Positions 44,364 through 55,148 are shown, numbered from the stretch's first letter. The stretch: 64,000 nt of DNA from Candidatus Aphodosoma sp. (GCA_045629685.1 JAZQRP010000193.1:28-64027), one strand, 5' to 3'. Program-made: numbers and translations. The notes: generated from the letters alone by a model not told the origin.

Positions 44364-47300
44364 ATGAAACGTTTTGGTTTTTTTCTGTTTTTGTTTGTTG
44401 CGGTGGCGATGAATGCTGCTGCTCAGTTGTACTCGGTAAATGAGTCGTTTGATGGTTTGCGCTATGGTGTGCCTAATGGGTGGACTAATAGTGTGTATGA
44501 TGGGGGTGTAGAGGCATGGGGTTATTATGCTTCGGGGTATAGTGGTGCGGCAGTGGCATTTGAGGCGGTTGATGTGCCGGGGAGGGCGTATGGGGAACTT
44601 TCGACTCCTTCTATGAATTTGCCTGCTGGGAGTATGTTGACGTTTAGGGTTAATGCGCCTGCTAGGATTGCGCAGATGTCGGTGTTGCTGAAGTATGGTG
44701 TGCAGGTGATAGAACTTGGCAGGTTGATGACGAAGGGGGGATGGATGGAGATGGAGTATGATTTGTCGGCATACGCGAGTGCGCTGGTTACGATATGTTT
44801 TAGAGTTGATTGTGGGGGTAAGGGTACGTATGAGTCGGAGTGGTATATAGTAGATGATGTGAAGATAGCGACTAAGCCTAATTGTGCGCGGCCGGAGGAT
44901 TTGTCGGTGTTGTCGGTTGGGCAGCATGATGTGACGTTGATGTGGGGTATTGGTAAAGAGGGAGCGATATCATCGGCATTTGATTTGGATGTGAGAGAGG
45001 TTGGCGCGAATAGTAGTGTTTTTGCGGAAACAGTGGAGACGGCAGATTATATATATACGGTGGATGGTTTGGCAGCAGCGAAGGAGTATGAGGTGATTTT
45101 GAGAGCGAATTGTAGTGGTATGGGACAGGGCATGTCGGAGGTGACAACTATGCGTTTCAAGACGTTGTGTGCGAGTCAGAATTTGCCATATAGTCATAGT
45201 TTTGATGGATGGAATACGTTGCCTGATTGTTGGTTGGGTTCTAAATCTGGTGTGTCAGTGCAAGAGGGTGTGAAGATAGGTGCATCGGGGTTGAAATTGC
45301 AGACGACAAGTGCGACAGACGCATACGTTGTGTCGCCACAGTTGAATTATGCGGCAAATAAGTTGGAGATATCGTTTAGTGTGTATGGGGGGAAAGGGAC
45401 AAAATATTCGGTTTTGTTGACACAAAATCCGACAGATATGTCGCAGGCGATACCATTGTGGGAGAACGTGGAGGTGCAAAAAAACAATGTGTGGGAAGAG
45501 GTGACGTTTAATACTATTGTTGCGGACTTGGAGGATAAGGGTTATGCTGTGGTGGTGTATATGCCTGCAGGAGTGGATGCTACGTTGTATGTGGATAATT
45601 TTAGTTGCAAGAAAGCGCCGAATTGTCCGAAGTTGGAGAATTTGAGGGAGATAGTGTCGGATTCGACATTTACGAGTTTGGATTGGACGGAGTTTGTGGT
45701 TGCAGAGGGGTATGAGGTGATGGTGACAAAAGATTCGTTGGCAGGAGCAGATTCTATAGTTAAGGTGTCGCATGTGTATCAAGTTGATGCGCATCCTTGC
45801 ACTATAACAGGATTGGACAAAAATACTAGATATGATGTGAAAGTGCGTGCTGTATGTAATGCTACTGACACATCAGCATGGAGTAATGTGATAACTATTC
45901 ATACGTCGTGTGGTACACGCGAGGAGTCGATATTTGTTGAAGACTTTGAGGCAGGAGTATTTCCTCCGAATTGTTGGTTTGCTCGTCAGACAGTGAAAGC
46001 ACCTGCTACATCGGGACTTGTGGCGGGACTTGACTTTGGGGATGAGGCATGGGCATTGGCGATGAAAACAGATGGGTATGATGAGGTGTATAATGGTAAA
46101 TATGCAGCGGAGTTGAAAGATTCGAAAGCAGGTATTCATACTATATTGGTTTCGCAACCTATATATGTGGATGTGCCAACGCATTATGATTTGTCGTTGT
46201 GGGTGTATAGAGATGCTGTGTATGGTAATAGATTGGCAAAAGAGCATGAGGGGTTGAACGTTTGGGTGAATAATCGTCCTGATACAGTGGGTGGTACGAA
46301 GTTGGGTTTTGTGAATAGTGTGTATACTATGTACCCAATAGAAGAGCAAGAGGGATGGTATCAGTATGAATATAATATACCTTTGGCGGGTAATGTATAT
46401 ATTATTTTTGAGGGTGTGAGTGGTGGTTCGTATGGCATGTTTATAGATGATATAGAGGTGAAATTGGCACCTATGTGTCGTAAAGTGTCAGATGTGAAGT
46501 TAAGTGATGTTACAACTAATTCTGTTAAATTGTCATGGAAAAAGGGGTTGAATGAGACGAGATGGAATGTAAGTTATACGGTTGTAGGCGGACAAACAGA
46601 GCAGACGGAAGATGTGGTAGTAGAGGGTACGCCAGAGTTGACAATTACTAATCTATCGGCAGGGGTGGGATATACAGTGTCGGCACGCATAGTGTCGAAT
46701 TGTGGCGCAGGCGATATGGGCGAGCCAGTGATGTTTACGGAGAAATTTGAGACAGAGTGTGATGCAATAACAGCATTGCCTTATATTCAAACGTTTGATG
46801 AAGAGAGATTCCCACCTCATTGTTGGCGTCAATATCAAAGTCAGGCATACGGGAATCCGAATGACCAGTTTGCAACCGACTATAAAGATGAGGCATGGGT
46901 GCGCAATGCGGATAAGATGTGGAACCCTGAATTGATTAAATCAGGTGATGCATCGGCGCAATTGCAAAAATCGAGTGGTGGTATACGTTCGGCATTGGTG
47001 ACTCCTCAATTCAGATTTGAAAAAGGCAAGGAGTATGTTGTTTCGTTTTGGATGTATCGTATGCCAGAGCCACATGATATGGACAATACAGAAGCAGTAG
47101 ATAATGAGGGTTTGAATGTTTTGATTAATAGTACACCAACTGTTGATGGTGCAACTAAATTGGGGTATATAAATGTAGGTAGTCAGTTTACGCCAGTGGT
47201 AAGCGTTGCGGGATGGTATAAATATGAGTTTAAGATAACAACAGAAGGCGACAAATATGTTATATTTGAAGGTGTGCATCAGGGCACTATGTCAATGTTT

Positions 47301-50300
47301 ATAGATAATGTGGTGATAAGAGAGAGTGCAGCATGCGACTACATGGAGGTGAAGATAGACTCGATAAAAACAACATTGGCGCGAGTTACTGCACTTGCGG
47401 CAGATGTTGATGAATGGCAAGTGAGTGTGGGTGGAGAAGGATTTAATCCTAACACAGGCACTATATTCGATGCTCAAGGTGGTAGCGTGATTATTACGGG
47501 ATTGACGCCACAGACTGATTATGAATTATATGCTCGTCGTAAATGCTCGAATGGTACGTATGGACCATGGAGCGAGTTTGTGCATCATTTTGCGACACAA
47601 TGCGAACCATTGGTGGTGGATTTCGACAATCCGTTTATGGATGGATTTGAGAATTTCATAGTAGATGACTATGTATTAGGTTGTTATCAGCAAGAGACAA
47701 ATGCTGCGATGTATTCGGCAAAAACAGGTGCATATAACGATGATGGAGTGGTGACGATGACGCCATACGAAGGCAAAATGTTTGCCGTGTTGCCATACAA
47801 TAATGACACATGGTTGTTCCGCCCATTTGAGTTGAAGGCAAATAGTAACTATGAGGTATCTATCATGGCGCGTCAGGATTGCGACTTTGGTATGAATGTA
47901 AGTTTGGCGTATTGTGCAGAACCAACGATTTTAACATTGATAGACACGATGCACACCGCCGAACTTGTGAGCGAATGGCGCGAGTATAAAGGTTGGATAA
48001 ATGCACCAGCGGATGGCGTATATTATATAGGTGTGAATGTAACTACTTGGGGTATTTCGGTGCAACAATATAACTCTGTGCTTGATAATTTCAGTGTTAA
48101 AGAGATAGAGTGTGCGCCACCTGTGCAGATAAAAGAGTCGAAAATCACATCACAATCGGCAGAGATAGATTTTCATTCTATTGCGGATGTATGGGAGGTG
48201 AAAGTGGCAAGTGTGAACTTTGATGCAGAATACGGTGTGGCAGATGTGGCACATGACACAATACGCGAAAAACATTATGAAATCAATGGTTTGGAGACAA
48301 ATAAAGAGTATTATTATTCTTTCCGCTCATTGTGCGCTGAACCAAGCGAGTGGAGTCATGTGAAGACATTCCGTACAGTATGTTCGACATTCGAATTGCC
48401 ATACTATGATAATTTTGATGATCCAGAGTTGAACAACATAGTTTGTTGGAATTCGCATTTGACAAATGAGTACACAAGCAAGTCAGAGCCATCGAATTAT
48501 GTGGCATATAGCGGTAAAGTGTCGTATAAGATGTATGAGTCTATCACTATATTGCCACAGTTCAATGTGTCGTCATTGGCAAATTATCTTGTGAAAGGTT
48601 ATGCTCATGCTTCGAAAGATAATGCACATATATCAGTGGGTGTTATCAAAGACATAACCAACCCAATCGAAACATTTGAGGCAGTAGCAGATGTTGTGAT
48701 TAAAAAGTCATACGAATGGAGCGAGTTTGTGGCATACCTTTCAGATTTGGCAAAACCTGATTTTGCTGAATTTGCAGATGCTAAATATATAGCATTTGTC
48801 GTAAGTAACGGTACTGAGTTCTTTATTGATGACTTGGAAGTAGTAGAAATACCTACCTGTTTGTCGCCGACAGAGGTGTATGTAGAAAACGCAACTGCAA
48901 ATAGTTGTGAGATACGTTGGTATGAGAATGGCGCGGCAACAAAATGGCAAGTGAATGGTTATTATAAGAATGAGTTGGTAGTAGATACTATTGTAACAAC
49001 AAATCCTGCGATTATAAGAGGATTGAATCCTGCATCGACATATCAATTTGAGATACGTGCTATATGTTCGGCAGTAGATAATAGTTGGTGGACAAAAGCA
49101 GGCGAAATAACAACTGAGTGCGCTTCTTATGTTTTGCCGTATGACCAGACATTCACAGGTTTGGAAGAACCTCAATGTTGGGGACAAGGTTTGGCATATC
49201 CGAACAAAGTAGGTAACTATTGGATACATACAACAGGAGCGTATTATTATAAGCAACCATACGATGTAGATGATTATAATCAAATAGTTTATTTGAAAGA
49301 CTATACATCAATGTTGATGTCGCCAACTATCAGTTTGGCGGATGCCGATAACGCATTGTTGTCGCTCGATTTGTATAACAAAGAGAGCGGAAGTGTCAGC
49401 ATATTGTTGTCGACAGATGGAGGCGAAAACTTCAACGTAGTATTAGGTAGCGGATATGCTGCTATGAGCGATACAATGACATTGCATTTTGACTTGTCGG
49501 CATACGCAGGCGAGAATATTCGTATCGGAATTGAGGCAACTTCGTCGGGTGTAGCAAATTCGTTTGTATTGGTGGATAACTTCTCAATAGAACAAGTACA
49601 AAACTGCAAACGCCCTGTCAATGTGGTACTTAATATAGCATACGATACCTTTGCAAAATTAGAGATAGTAGATACTACTTCGAATGGAAATTGGCAATAC
49701 GTGATTGGACAAGTAGGTTTTGAACCAAACAAAGCAACTCCTATATCAATCAATAGCAAGAAATTTGAAGTGCAAGGATTGTCGCCACTCTCTAACTATG
49801 AAGTATATGTGCGCTCTGTTTGTAAATCAAACACTTACAGCGATTGGCGTGGACCAGTAGAGTTTCAAACAGCATGTTTGATGAATGTCGACTTCCCTTA
49901 TTATGAGGGTTTTGAAGGAATAACTTCGTTGGATAATAACTGTTTCAAAATATTCAGTTTCAAATCAGCAGAAGAGGCATATCCATCAGCTGAATTGAAT
50001 ACACGTTCATACGTTAGCGCAGGCAAACAAGGATTGGTTTTGTCATCATCGCCTGATTACTGCCTATATGTTGCATTGCCATTAATCGCTACACCACTTC
50101 GCGATTTGAAGATAACATTCGATTATCGCAACGAGTTTGATGCCGATTATCCAACCGTGGCAACATCATTAGAGTTGGGTGTTATGGCAGACTTGAATGT
50201 CGAACAATCATATACTCGACTTGTCGAATTGCCATTCTCTTCAATACATGGTTTTGAGTCATATCTCTATTCATTCGCCGATGCCGATACAAAGATTGAT

Positions 50301-53300
50301 TTGGAAGACAAATATATAGTATTCCGCTATAATCGCAATCCGAAAGACAGAACTGCTATTTGGGCAGGACTTGACAATATAGAGATTGTGCCAACAGATT
50401 ATTGCTATGAGATAGATGCTTTGATGGTGGCAGACAGAGCAGTAACTTCGGCAACACTTAATTGGAACCATAAGAACAACGAAGGCACTCTGTTTGAATA
50501 TCGTTTGTTAGCAAACAATGCAGAAATTACCAACGGAACAACAACATCGCCTTCTGTCGTAGTGGACAATTTAACACCTGCTACAGACTATCGCTTCGAG
50601 GTTCGTTGTAAATGTTCTGCCGACAACTATTCTGATTGGACGACTATTAACTTCCGCACATTAGCATACGCTCCAACTTTGCCTTATACATCAGGTTTTG
50701 AGGACGAAGAAGAGAGCAGCAATTGGGTATATTGCGGCGAAGGACAAACCAACTATTTCGTAGTAGGCGAAGATAAGTTGGGAGTTAAATCAGGCGACAA
50801 AGCATTGTATATCACCGACAATGGCGAACTAAACCAATATTCTATCGGCGTTGCATCTTCTTCTTATGCTTATAGGATGTTTGAATTCGAACCAGGACAA
50901 TACACAATTTCTTATTCATGGAAATGTACAGGCGAGCGCACAGATGCCTATAATGCCGATTATGGTAAAGTGTATCTTGCACCAGTCGAAAAAGAGATAA
51001 AAGCGGGCACACGTATCAGTTCATATATGGATGCCGTGCCAGGATGTATTATGCTAGCTAACGACGACAAAGGTTTGAACGTATCGCCTAAGTGGAATGA
51101 CGTAGTAGTTGATGTCGTATTCGATGAAAGTGTTAGATATAATTTAGTTATCGAATGGTATAATAATGCATCGGGTGGCGCACAAACACCATTGGCAATA
51201 GACGACATCTCTATTCGCAAAGTCGATTGTCCTATGCCCGAATCTTTGTTGGTACTTGATATTAGTGATGTAAGTGCTAAATTTGAGATTTCGACAATCA
51301 CCGATGCCGAATCATACGAATATCGCTTATGCAAATCGAATGATGTCGAAGATTATCTATCTACAGGCACTTCCGCAACAAAAATAATCGAGTTGGCAAA
51401 CCTCTCGCCTGCAACCGATTATCACTTGTTCGTGCGCGCGGTATGTGGTGCTGATGGTAATTCTAATTATCAATTTATCGCATTCCGCACCGAAAAAGCA
51501 GCAGCAAATATCCCTTATTCTGTCGATTTCAGTAGCGATGACGAAAACTCACAATGGACAATCCTTAATGGCAATCAAAAGAATGGATTCGTGATAGGAG
51601 GCGATACCAAATCGTTGTATATTACTTCAGAACCACAAAACGGAGCAAACGCTGAATATGCTTATGACAGTAAGACAGAATCAGCAACCTACGCTTATCG
51701 CCTATTGAATTTAGAAAAAGGGCAATATAGCATATCATACGATTGGAAATCAGAAGGTTCTAAATTAGATTATGGTAGAGTATTCCTTGTTCCAACAACA
51801 TATACAATCGAAGACGGCAAACGCATAGGTAGCGTGAATGTTACTACATACGAAGCAACACTCCCTGCCGAATGTATAGCGCTCGATGGCAGTAGCATAT
51901 TGTCGGGCAAAGCAATAACAACACATGCAAACAACCCATTCTTCATTGCAGAAGCAGGATGCTATAAACTTGTCGTACAATGGTATAATAAAGGCGATTA
52001 TACAGGTACTTTACCTTTGTGGATTGACAATATCGTGGTGGATAAAGAAGCTTGTGCTGCAATAGATGAATTGACTGTGCTAAATGTAGATTATAAATCA
52101 GTAACAGCAACATTTAAAAACTATAACGAATCAAATTCGGTTTGTGCTATTTCGGCAACTGCAGATGTTAATTTAGCATTTACTATGGATACAATATCTA
52201 CAGATACTATCGAATTTGATGGTTTGAAAGGCAATACAACATACTATCTCTTCGTTAAAGCACAATGTTATAGTAACCTTGCCTCTGAGTGGAAGATGAT
52301 TACTTTCACTACAGAATGTTCGCCTATCGAAGTTACAGAAGCAAAACCATATATTGAAGGTTTCGAAAATTACGTAGTTAATACTAATTTAGATAACTGT
52401 TGGACATTGTCATATAAGTTCTACGACAAACCAGTTTATGTAACTTCGGATGTTGAGATGTCAGAAAACGCATACGCAATGGAAGGCACAAAATATCTCA
52501 CATTAGCTCGTGGTAATAACGAGGCAAACGTTTCTCGTCAATTCTATCTCGAAGAAGGAAAACTATATTGCATCTCCGCTTGGGGTATTATGTCGCCAAT
52601 AGAAGACATGGAACGAGGACGAACAACTCTACAATTAGTCGATTACACCAACAATCAATCACTCGCCAAACGAGAACTCGATTACGAAGCATATAGAGAA
52701 GTACGCCGCGTATTTGTGCCACAAACAACAGGTATCTACGACTTAGGTTTCGCAATGAATGTGGGTATGTCAGTGAAATATGCTAACGTAGATAACTTCA
52801 AAGTCGAAGTACTCAAATTCGGTAAACCAGATCAATTAACCGCCGATACAATCACAAAAACATCAGCACAAATATCATGGATAGGTTTGGCTGACAATTA
52901 TCAAGTGCAATTGTATAAAGATTCAGAAAAACTATCAGAAGGCGAAACACAAAATATGGTATATCGTTTTGATAATCTCTCGCCTGCAACTACCTACAAA
53001 GTACTTGTTCGCGCTATTATCAACAACCCATACCAAGAATCAGATTGGGTAGAACTAATCTTCACAACCAACTGCGACGTAGCACTGCCTACATTCACAC
53101 AAAACTTCGAAAACACAGCAGCAGGCACAATACCTGTATGCTGGGATAACAGCACCGAAACAACCCTTGCCGATTACTCTAAAAATTGGAGCGTGAAAGT
53201 CGATGAAGGCAACAAATCAGTTACAGTAAACACCTCTGAATTGTATGGTACAGCAGTGCTTATCTCGCCAATGATATATGTCGAAGACAACACCATCCTC

Positions 53301-54905
53301 TCTTACAATTATCGAAACCTAACTCATACCGACAAACTAAAGGTCGAAGTAAGAGGCGCAGGTACCCGTCAATTCTCCGACATAATCCTCGAAGGCGGAC
53401 ACTCAGGATGGCAACAAAAACTGTTAGAACTATCTGACTATAAAGGCGACACAATACAATTAGCATTTATAGTCGAAGCAAAAGCAAATAGCGAAGGCAA
53501 TATTATCGGTGTGGATGACGTACGTATCGCTTGCTATGCAGGTGAAAAAACAGAACAAACTTCAGTTTGTCAAGGCGAAGGTTTCATCGGTTATGGATTC
53601 TCTGTTTCAAGCAACGAATTATTTGTGGGAGTAAATACATTCACTAAATTCATTACATCAAACAACTGCGACACACTCAAACACCTTGAAGTAACAGTAA
53701 ATCCAATGTCATCAAGTCATACATACGACACAATATGTCGTGGCGACGTATATATGTGGGGCGATATCGCTTGTATCGAAACAAACGTATATGAAGTTTG
53801 GTATCACGGCATGTCAAGTTGCGGTTGCGATTCAGTAGCATACCTACACCTCGAAGTACTCGACTTGCGCAAAAACATCTATGCAACAATCTGTGAAGGC
53901 GATGCTTACAAATTCGGTAATACATCTTATACCGAAACAGGCATATACGTAGATACTATTCCAAATCCAGGCTCTTGCGACTCAATCAAAATCCTCACAC
54001 TCGTCGTTATACCTACTGCATTCGAATCCGAAATGACAATATGCGAAGGCGAACCTCTCGTTTGGAACGATACAACACTGACAACATCAGGACGCTACGA
54101 ACGCAAATATGCGAACGTAAACGGTTGCGATAGCATCGAAATCCTAAACTTGACAGTATTACCTAAATACATCGAATTAGAAGCATCTATCTGCCATGGT
54201 TCAAGCTACCTACTTGGCGCTCGCGAACTAACCGAAACAGGCATCTATTACGATTCATTAGTCAACACATTAGGATGCGACTCCATTGTCAAACTAACAC
54301 TAGAAGTCAACGAACCAATACGAGGCATATTCGAAGACTATGTTTGTGAAGGATACGAATACGTCGGTTACGGTTTCCAAATCGATGCCAATAAAATTAT
54401 TGCCGACACAATTTTAACCCGAACAGTGAAAACAATTGAAGGTTGCGACTCTATCATAGAATTACATGTAGAGTTTGTACCTACTGCAAACATCGACACC
54501 ACAGTCACAATCCTCGAAGGCGAATATTACGAATTCGGCGAACAAACCCTAACTAAAGCAGGCAAATACACCGAATTATTCGTAACATCCCTCGGTTGCG
54601 ACTCTATCGTAAACCTAACACTACAGTTCGTTACAGCTATCGACAACACCTATGCATTACCATTAACAATAGCACCTAACCCTATTGCTCAAGGACAAAC
54701 AACATATCTCCACCACCAATTCACTGTCGAAGAACAACGTGGATTACGCATCGAGATAATAAACTCAGTTGGACAAACAATTGCAATTCAACATCCAACA
54801 CAATATCCAATAGCAATAAACGAAATCAACATCAGCGGACTATATTACATCCGTGCCATCACAGCAACAGGCAATACATACATAGGCAAACTGATAGTCA
54901 AATAA
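44364..54905 (+). CDS. 3513-aa T9SS cargo: 12 lectin-like beta-sandwich modules (choice-of-anchor-J/MAM-like), 11 FN3-like spacers, 7 two-Cys repeats, C-terminal sorting domain
   Basis: Signal peptide MKRFGFFLFLFVAVAMNAAAQ. All 12 modules open with an LPY..F(D/E)....CW-like block and close with (I/V/L)D(D/N)(I/V/F/L)x(I/V). Eleven are followed by an FN3-like unit ending Yx(V/F)x(V/I)R..C...S.W....F.T.C. Last nucleotide of each module: 45170, 45911, 46760, 47603, 48383, 49121, 49877, 50666, 51497, 52319, 53075, 53564. Confidence 0.85.
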   Translation: MKRFGFFLFLFVAVAMNAAAQLYSVNESFDGLRYGVPNGWTNSVYDGGVEAWGYYASGYSGAAVAFEAVDVPGRAYGELSTPSMNLPAGSMLTFRVNAPARIAQMSVLLKYGVQVIELGRLMTKGGWMEMEYDLSAYASALVTICFRVDCGGKGTYESEWYIVDDVKIATKPNCARPEDLSVLSVGQHDVTLMWGIGKEGAISSAFDLDVREVGANSSVFAETVETADYIYTVDGLAAAKEYEVILRANCSGMGQGMSEVTTMRFKTLCASQNLPYSHSFDGWNTLPDCWLGSKSGVSVQEGVKIGASGLKLQTTSATDAYVVSPQLNYAANKLEISFSVYGGKGTKYSVLLTQNPTDMSQAIPLWENVEVQKNNVWEEVTFNTIVADLEDKGYAVVVYMPAGVDATLYVDNFSCKKAPNCPKLENLREIVSDSTFTSLDWTEFVVAEGYEVMVTKDSLAGADSIVKVSHVYQVDAHPCTITGLDKNTRYDVKVRAVCNATDTSAWSNVITIHTSCGTREESIFVEDFEAGVFPPNCWFARQTVKAPATSGLVAGLDFGDEAWALAMKTDGYDEVYNGKYAAELKDSKAGIHTILVSQPIYVDVPTHYDLSLWVYRDAVYGNRLAKEHEGLNVWVNNRPDTVGGTKLGFVNSVYTMYPIEEQEGWYQYEYNIPLAGNVYIIFEGVSGGSYGMFIDDIEVKLAPMCRKVSDVKLSDVTTNSVKLSWKKGLNETRWNVSYTVVGGQTEQTEDVVVEGTPELTITNLSAGVGYTVSARIVSNCGAGDMGEPVMFTEKFETECDAITALPYIQTFDEERFPPHCWRQYQSQAYGNPNDQFATDYKDEAWVRNADKMWNPELIKSGDASAQLQKSSGGIRSALVTPQFRFEKGKEYVVSFWMYRMPEPHDMDNTEAVDNEGLNVLINSTPTVDGATKLGYINVGSQFTPVVSVAGWYKYEFKITTEGDKYVIFEGVHQGTMSMFIDNVVIRESAACDYMEVKIDSIKTTLARVTALAADVDEWQVSVGGEGFNPNTGTIFDAQGGSVIITGLTPQTDYELYARRKCSNGTYGPWSEFVHHFATQCEPLVVDFDNPFMDGFENFIVDDYVLGCYQQETNAAMYSAKTGAYNDDGVVTMTPYEGKMFAVLPYNNDTWLFRPFELKANSNYEVSIMARQDCDFGMNVSLAYCAEPTILTLIDTMHTAELVSEWREYKGWINAPADGVYYIGVNVTTWGISVQQYNSVLDNFSVKEIECAPPVQIKESKITSQSAEIDFHSIADVWEVKVASVNFDAEYGVADVAHDTIREKHYEINGLETNKEYYYSFRSLCAEPSEWSHVKTFRTVCSTFELPYYDNFDDPELNNIVCWNSHLTNEYTSKSEPSNYVAYSGKVSYKMYESITILPQFNVSSLANYLVKGYAHASKDNAHISVGVIKDITNPIETFEAVADVVIKKSYEWSEFVAYLSDLAKPDFAEFADAKYIAFVVSNGTEFFIDDLEVVEIPTCLSPTEVYVENATANSCEIRWYENGAATKWQVNGYYKNELVVDTIVTTNPAIIRGLNPASTYQFEIRAICSAVDNSWWTKAGEITTECASYVLPYDQTFTGLEEPQCWGQGLAYPNKVGNYWIHTTGAYYYKQPYDVDDYNQIVYLKDYTSMLMSPTISLADADNALLSLDLYNKESGSVSILLSTDGGENFNVVLGSGYAAMSDTMTLHFDLSAYAGENIRIGIEATSSGVANSFVLVDNFSIEQVQNCKRPVNVVLNIAYDTFAKLEIVDTTSNGNWQYVIGQVGFEPNKATPISINSKKFEVQGLSPLSNYEVYVRSVCKSNTYSDWRGPVEFQTACLMNVDFPYYEGFEGITSLDNNCFKIFSFKSAEEAYPSAELNTRSYVSAGKQGLVLSSSPDYCLYVALPLIATPLRDLKITFDYRNEFDADYPTVATSLELGVMADLNVEQSYTRLVELPFSSIHGFESYLYSFADADTKIDLEDKYIVFRYNRNPKDRTAIWAGLDNIEIVPTDYCYEIDALMVADRAVTSATLNWNHKNNEGTLFEYRLLANNAEITNGTTTSPSVVVDNLTPATDYRFEVRCKCSADNYSDWTTINFRTLAYAPTLPYTSGFEDEEESSNWVYCGEGQTNYFVVGEDKLGVKSGDKALYITDNGELNQYSIGVASSSYAYRMFEFEPGQYTISYSWKCTGERTDAYNADYGKVYLAPVEKEIKAGTRISSYMDAVPGCIMLANDDKGLNVSPKWNDVVVDVVFDESVRYNLVIEWYNNASGGAQTPLAIDDISIRKVDCPMPESLLVLDISDVSAKFEISTITDAESYEYRLCKSNDVEDYLSTGTSATKIIELANLSPATDYHLFVRAVCGADGNSNYQFIAFRTEKAAANIPYSVDFSSDDENSQWTILNGNQKNGFVIGGDTKSLYITSEPQNGANAEYAYDSKTESATYAYRLLNLEKGQYSISYDWKSEGSKLDYGRVFLVPTTYTIEDGKRIGSVNVTTYEATLPAECIALDGSSILSGKAITTHANNPFFIAEAGCYKLVVQWYNKGDYTGTLPLWIDNIVVDKEACAAIDELTVLNVDYKSVTATFKNYNESNSVCAISATADVNLAFTMDTISTDTIEFDGLKGNTTYYLFVKAQCYSNLASEWKMITFTTECSPIEVTEAKPYIEGFENYVVNTNLDNCWTLSYKFYDKPVYVTSDVEMSENAYAMEGTKYLTLARGNNEANVSRQFYLEEGKLYCISAWGIMSPIEDMERGRTTLQLVDYTNNQSLAKRELDYEAYREVRRVFVPQTTGIYDLGFAMNVGMSVKYANVDNFKVEVLKFGKPDQLTADTITKTSAQISWIGLADNYQVQLYKDSEKLSEGETQNMVYRFDNLSPATTYKVLVRAIINNPYQESDWVELIFTTNCDVALPTFTQNFENTAAGTIPVCWDNSTETTLADYSKNWSVKVDEGNKSVTVNTSELYGTAVLISPMIYVEDNTILSYNYRNLTHTDKLKVEVRGAGTRQFSDIILEGGHSGWQQKLLELSDYKGDTIQLAFIVEAKANSEGNIIGVDDVRIACYAGEKTEQTSVCQGEGFIGYGFSVSSNELFVGVNTFTKFITSNNCDTLKHLEVTVNPMSSSHTYDTICRGDVYMWGDIACIETNVYEVWYHGMSSCGCDSVAYLHLEVLDLRKNIYATICEGDAYKFGNTSYTETGIYVDTIPNPGSCDSIKILTLVVIPTAFESEMTICEGEPLVWNDTTLTTSGRYERKYANVNGCDSIEILNLTVLPKYIELEASICHGSSYLLGARELTETGIYYDSLVNTLGCDSIVKLTLEVNEPIRGIFEDYVCEGYEYVGYGFQIDANKIIADTILTRTVKTIEGCDSIIELHVEFVPTANIDTTVTILEGEYYEFGEQTLTKAGKYTELFVTSLGCDSIVNLTLQFVTAIDNTYALPLTIAPNPIAQGQTTYLHHQFTVEEQRGLRIEIINSVGQTIAIQHPTQYPIAINEINISGLYYIRAITATGNTYIGKLIVK
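53565..54632 (+). repeat. 7 tandem ~45-50-aa two-cysteine repeats (protein level) near the C-terminus of the giant protein
   Basis: Pattern is (I/V)C(E/Q/R/H)G..Y.......(T/A)G.Y.........GCDS(I/V)..L.L.V. Examples are ICEGDAYKFGNTSYTETGIYVDTIPNPGSCDSIKILTLVV and ICEGEPLVWNDTTLTTSGRYERKYANVNGCDSIEILNLTV. Confidence 0.8.
54633..54902 (+). other. T9SS (Por) C-terminal sorting domain of the giant protein
   Basis: TIAPNPIAQGQTTYL...IEIINSVGQTIAI...ISGLYYIRAITATGNTYIGKLIVK is a typical CTD pattern. Confidence 0.8.
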
Positions 54906-54920
54906 AACACCATAAAACAA

Positions 54921-54957
54921 AAAATAGACTGAGTTTATTACTCAGTCTATTTTTTTA
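54921..54957 (+). terminator. rho-independent terminator of the giant gene
   Basis: Stem atagactgag (54924-54933) / ctcagtctat (54941-54950) followed by T7. Confidence 0.85.
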
Positions 54958-54960
54958 TTT

Positions 54961-55148
54961 ACTAATAACTAATAACTAGCAACTAGTAACTATTTATTAG
55001 TGATAATTCCCTCTTCCCAGTTCCCTATAGCCACTATAGTTGCTATCAATTAACTAATAACTACTAACTAATAACTACTAACTAGTAACTAGAAACTAGT
55101 AACTAGTAACAGCAAGGCTCACCCTACCTTCAAGCAACCCCTCATCCC
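54961..55148. repeat. composite modular intergenic element (copy 2, expanded) preceded by extra heptamers
   Basis: Contains actaataactaataactagcaactagtaac, ccctatagccactatagttgctatcaattaactaataacta, the array ctagtaactagaaactagtaactag, then taacagcaaggctcaccctaccttcaagcaaccc (55107-55140). Confidence 0.8.

Noticed and set aside
44355-49283. Series of 60-190-aa minus-strand ORFs antisense to the 5' half of the giant gene (44355-44927, 45255-45794, 45873-46349, 48741-49283 and others)
   Set aside because: They occur only where the sense strand is G/T-rich and disappear in the A/C-rich 3' half. Their products are H/R/I/C/T-rich with no domain signatures.
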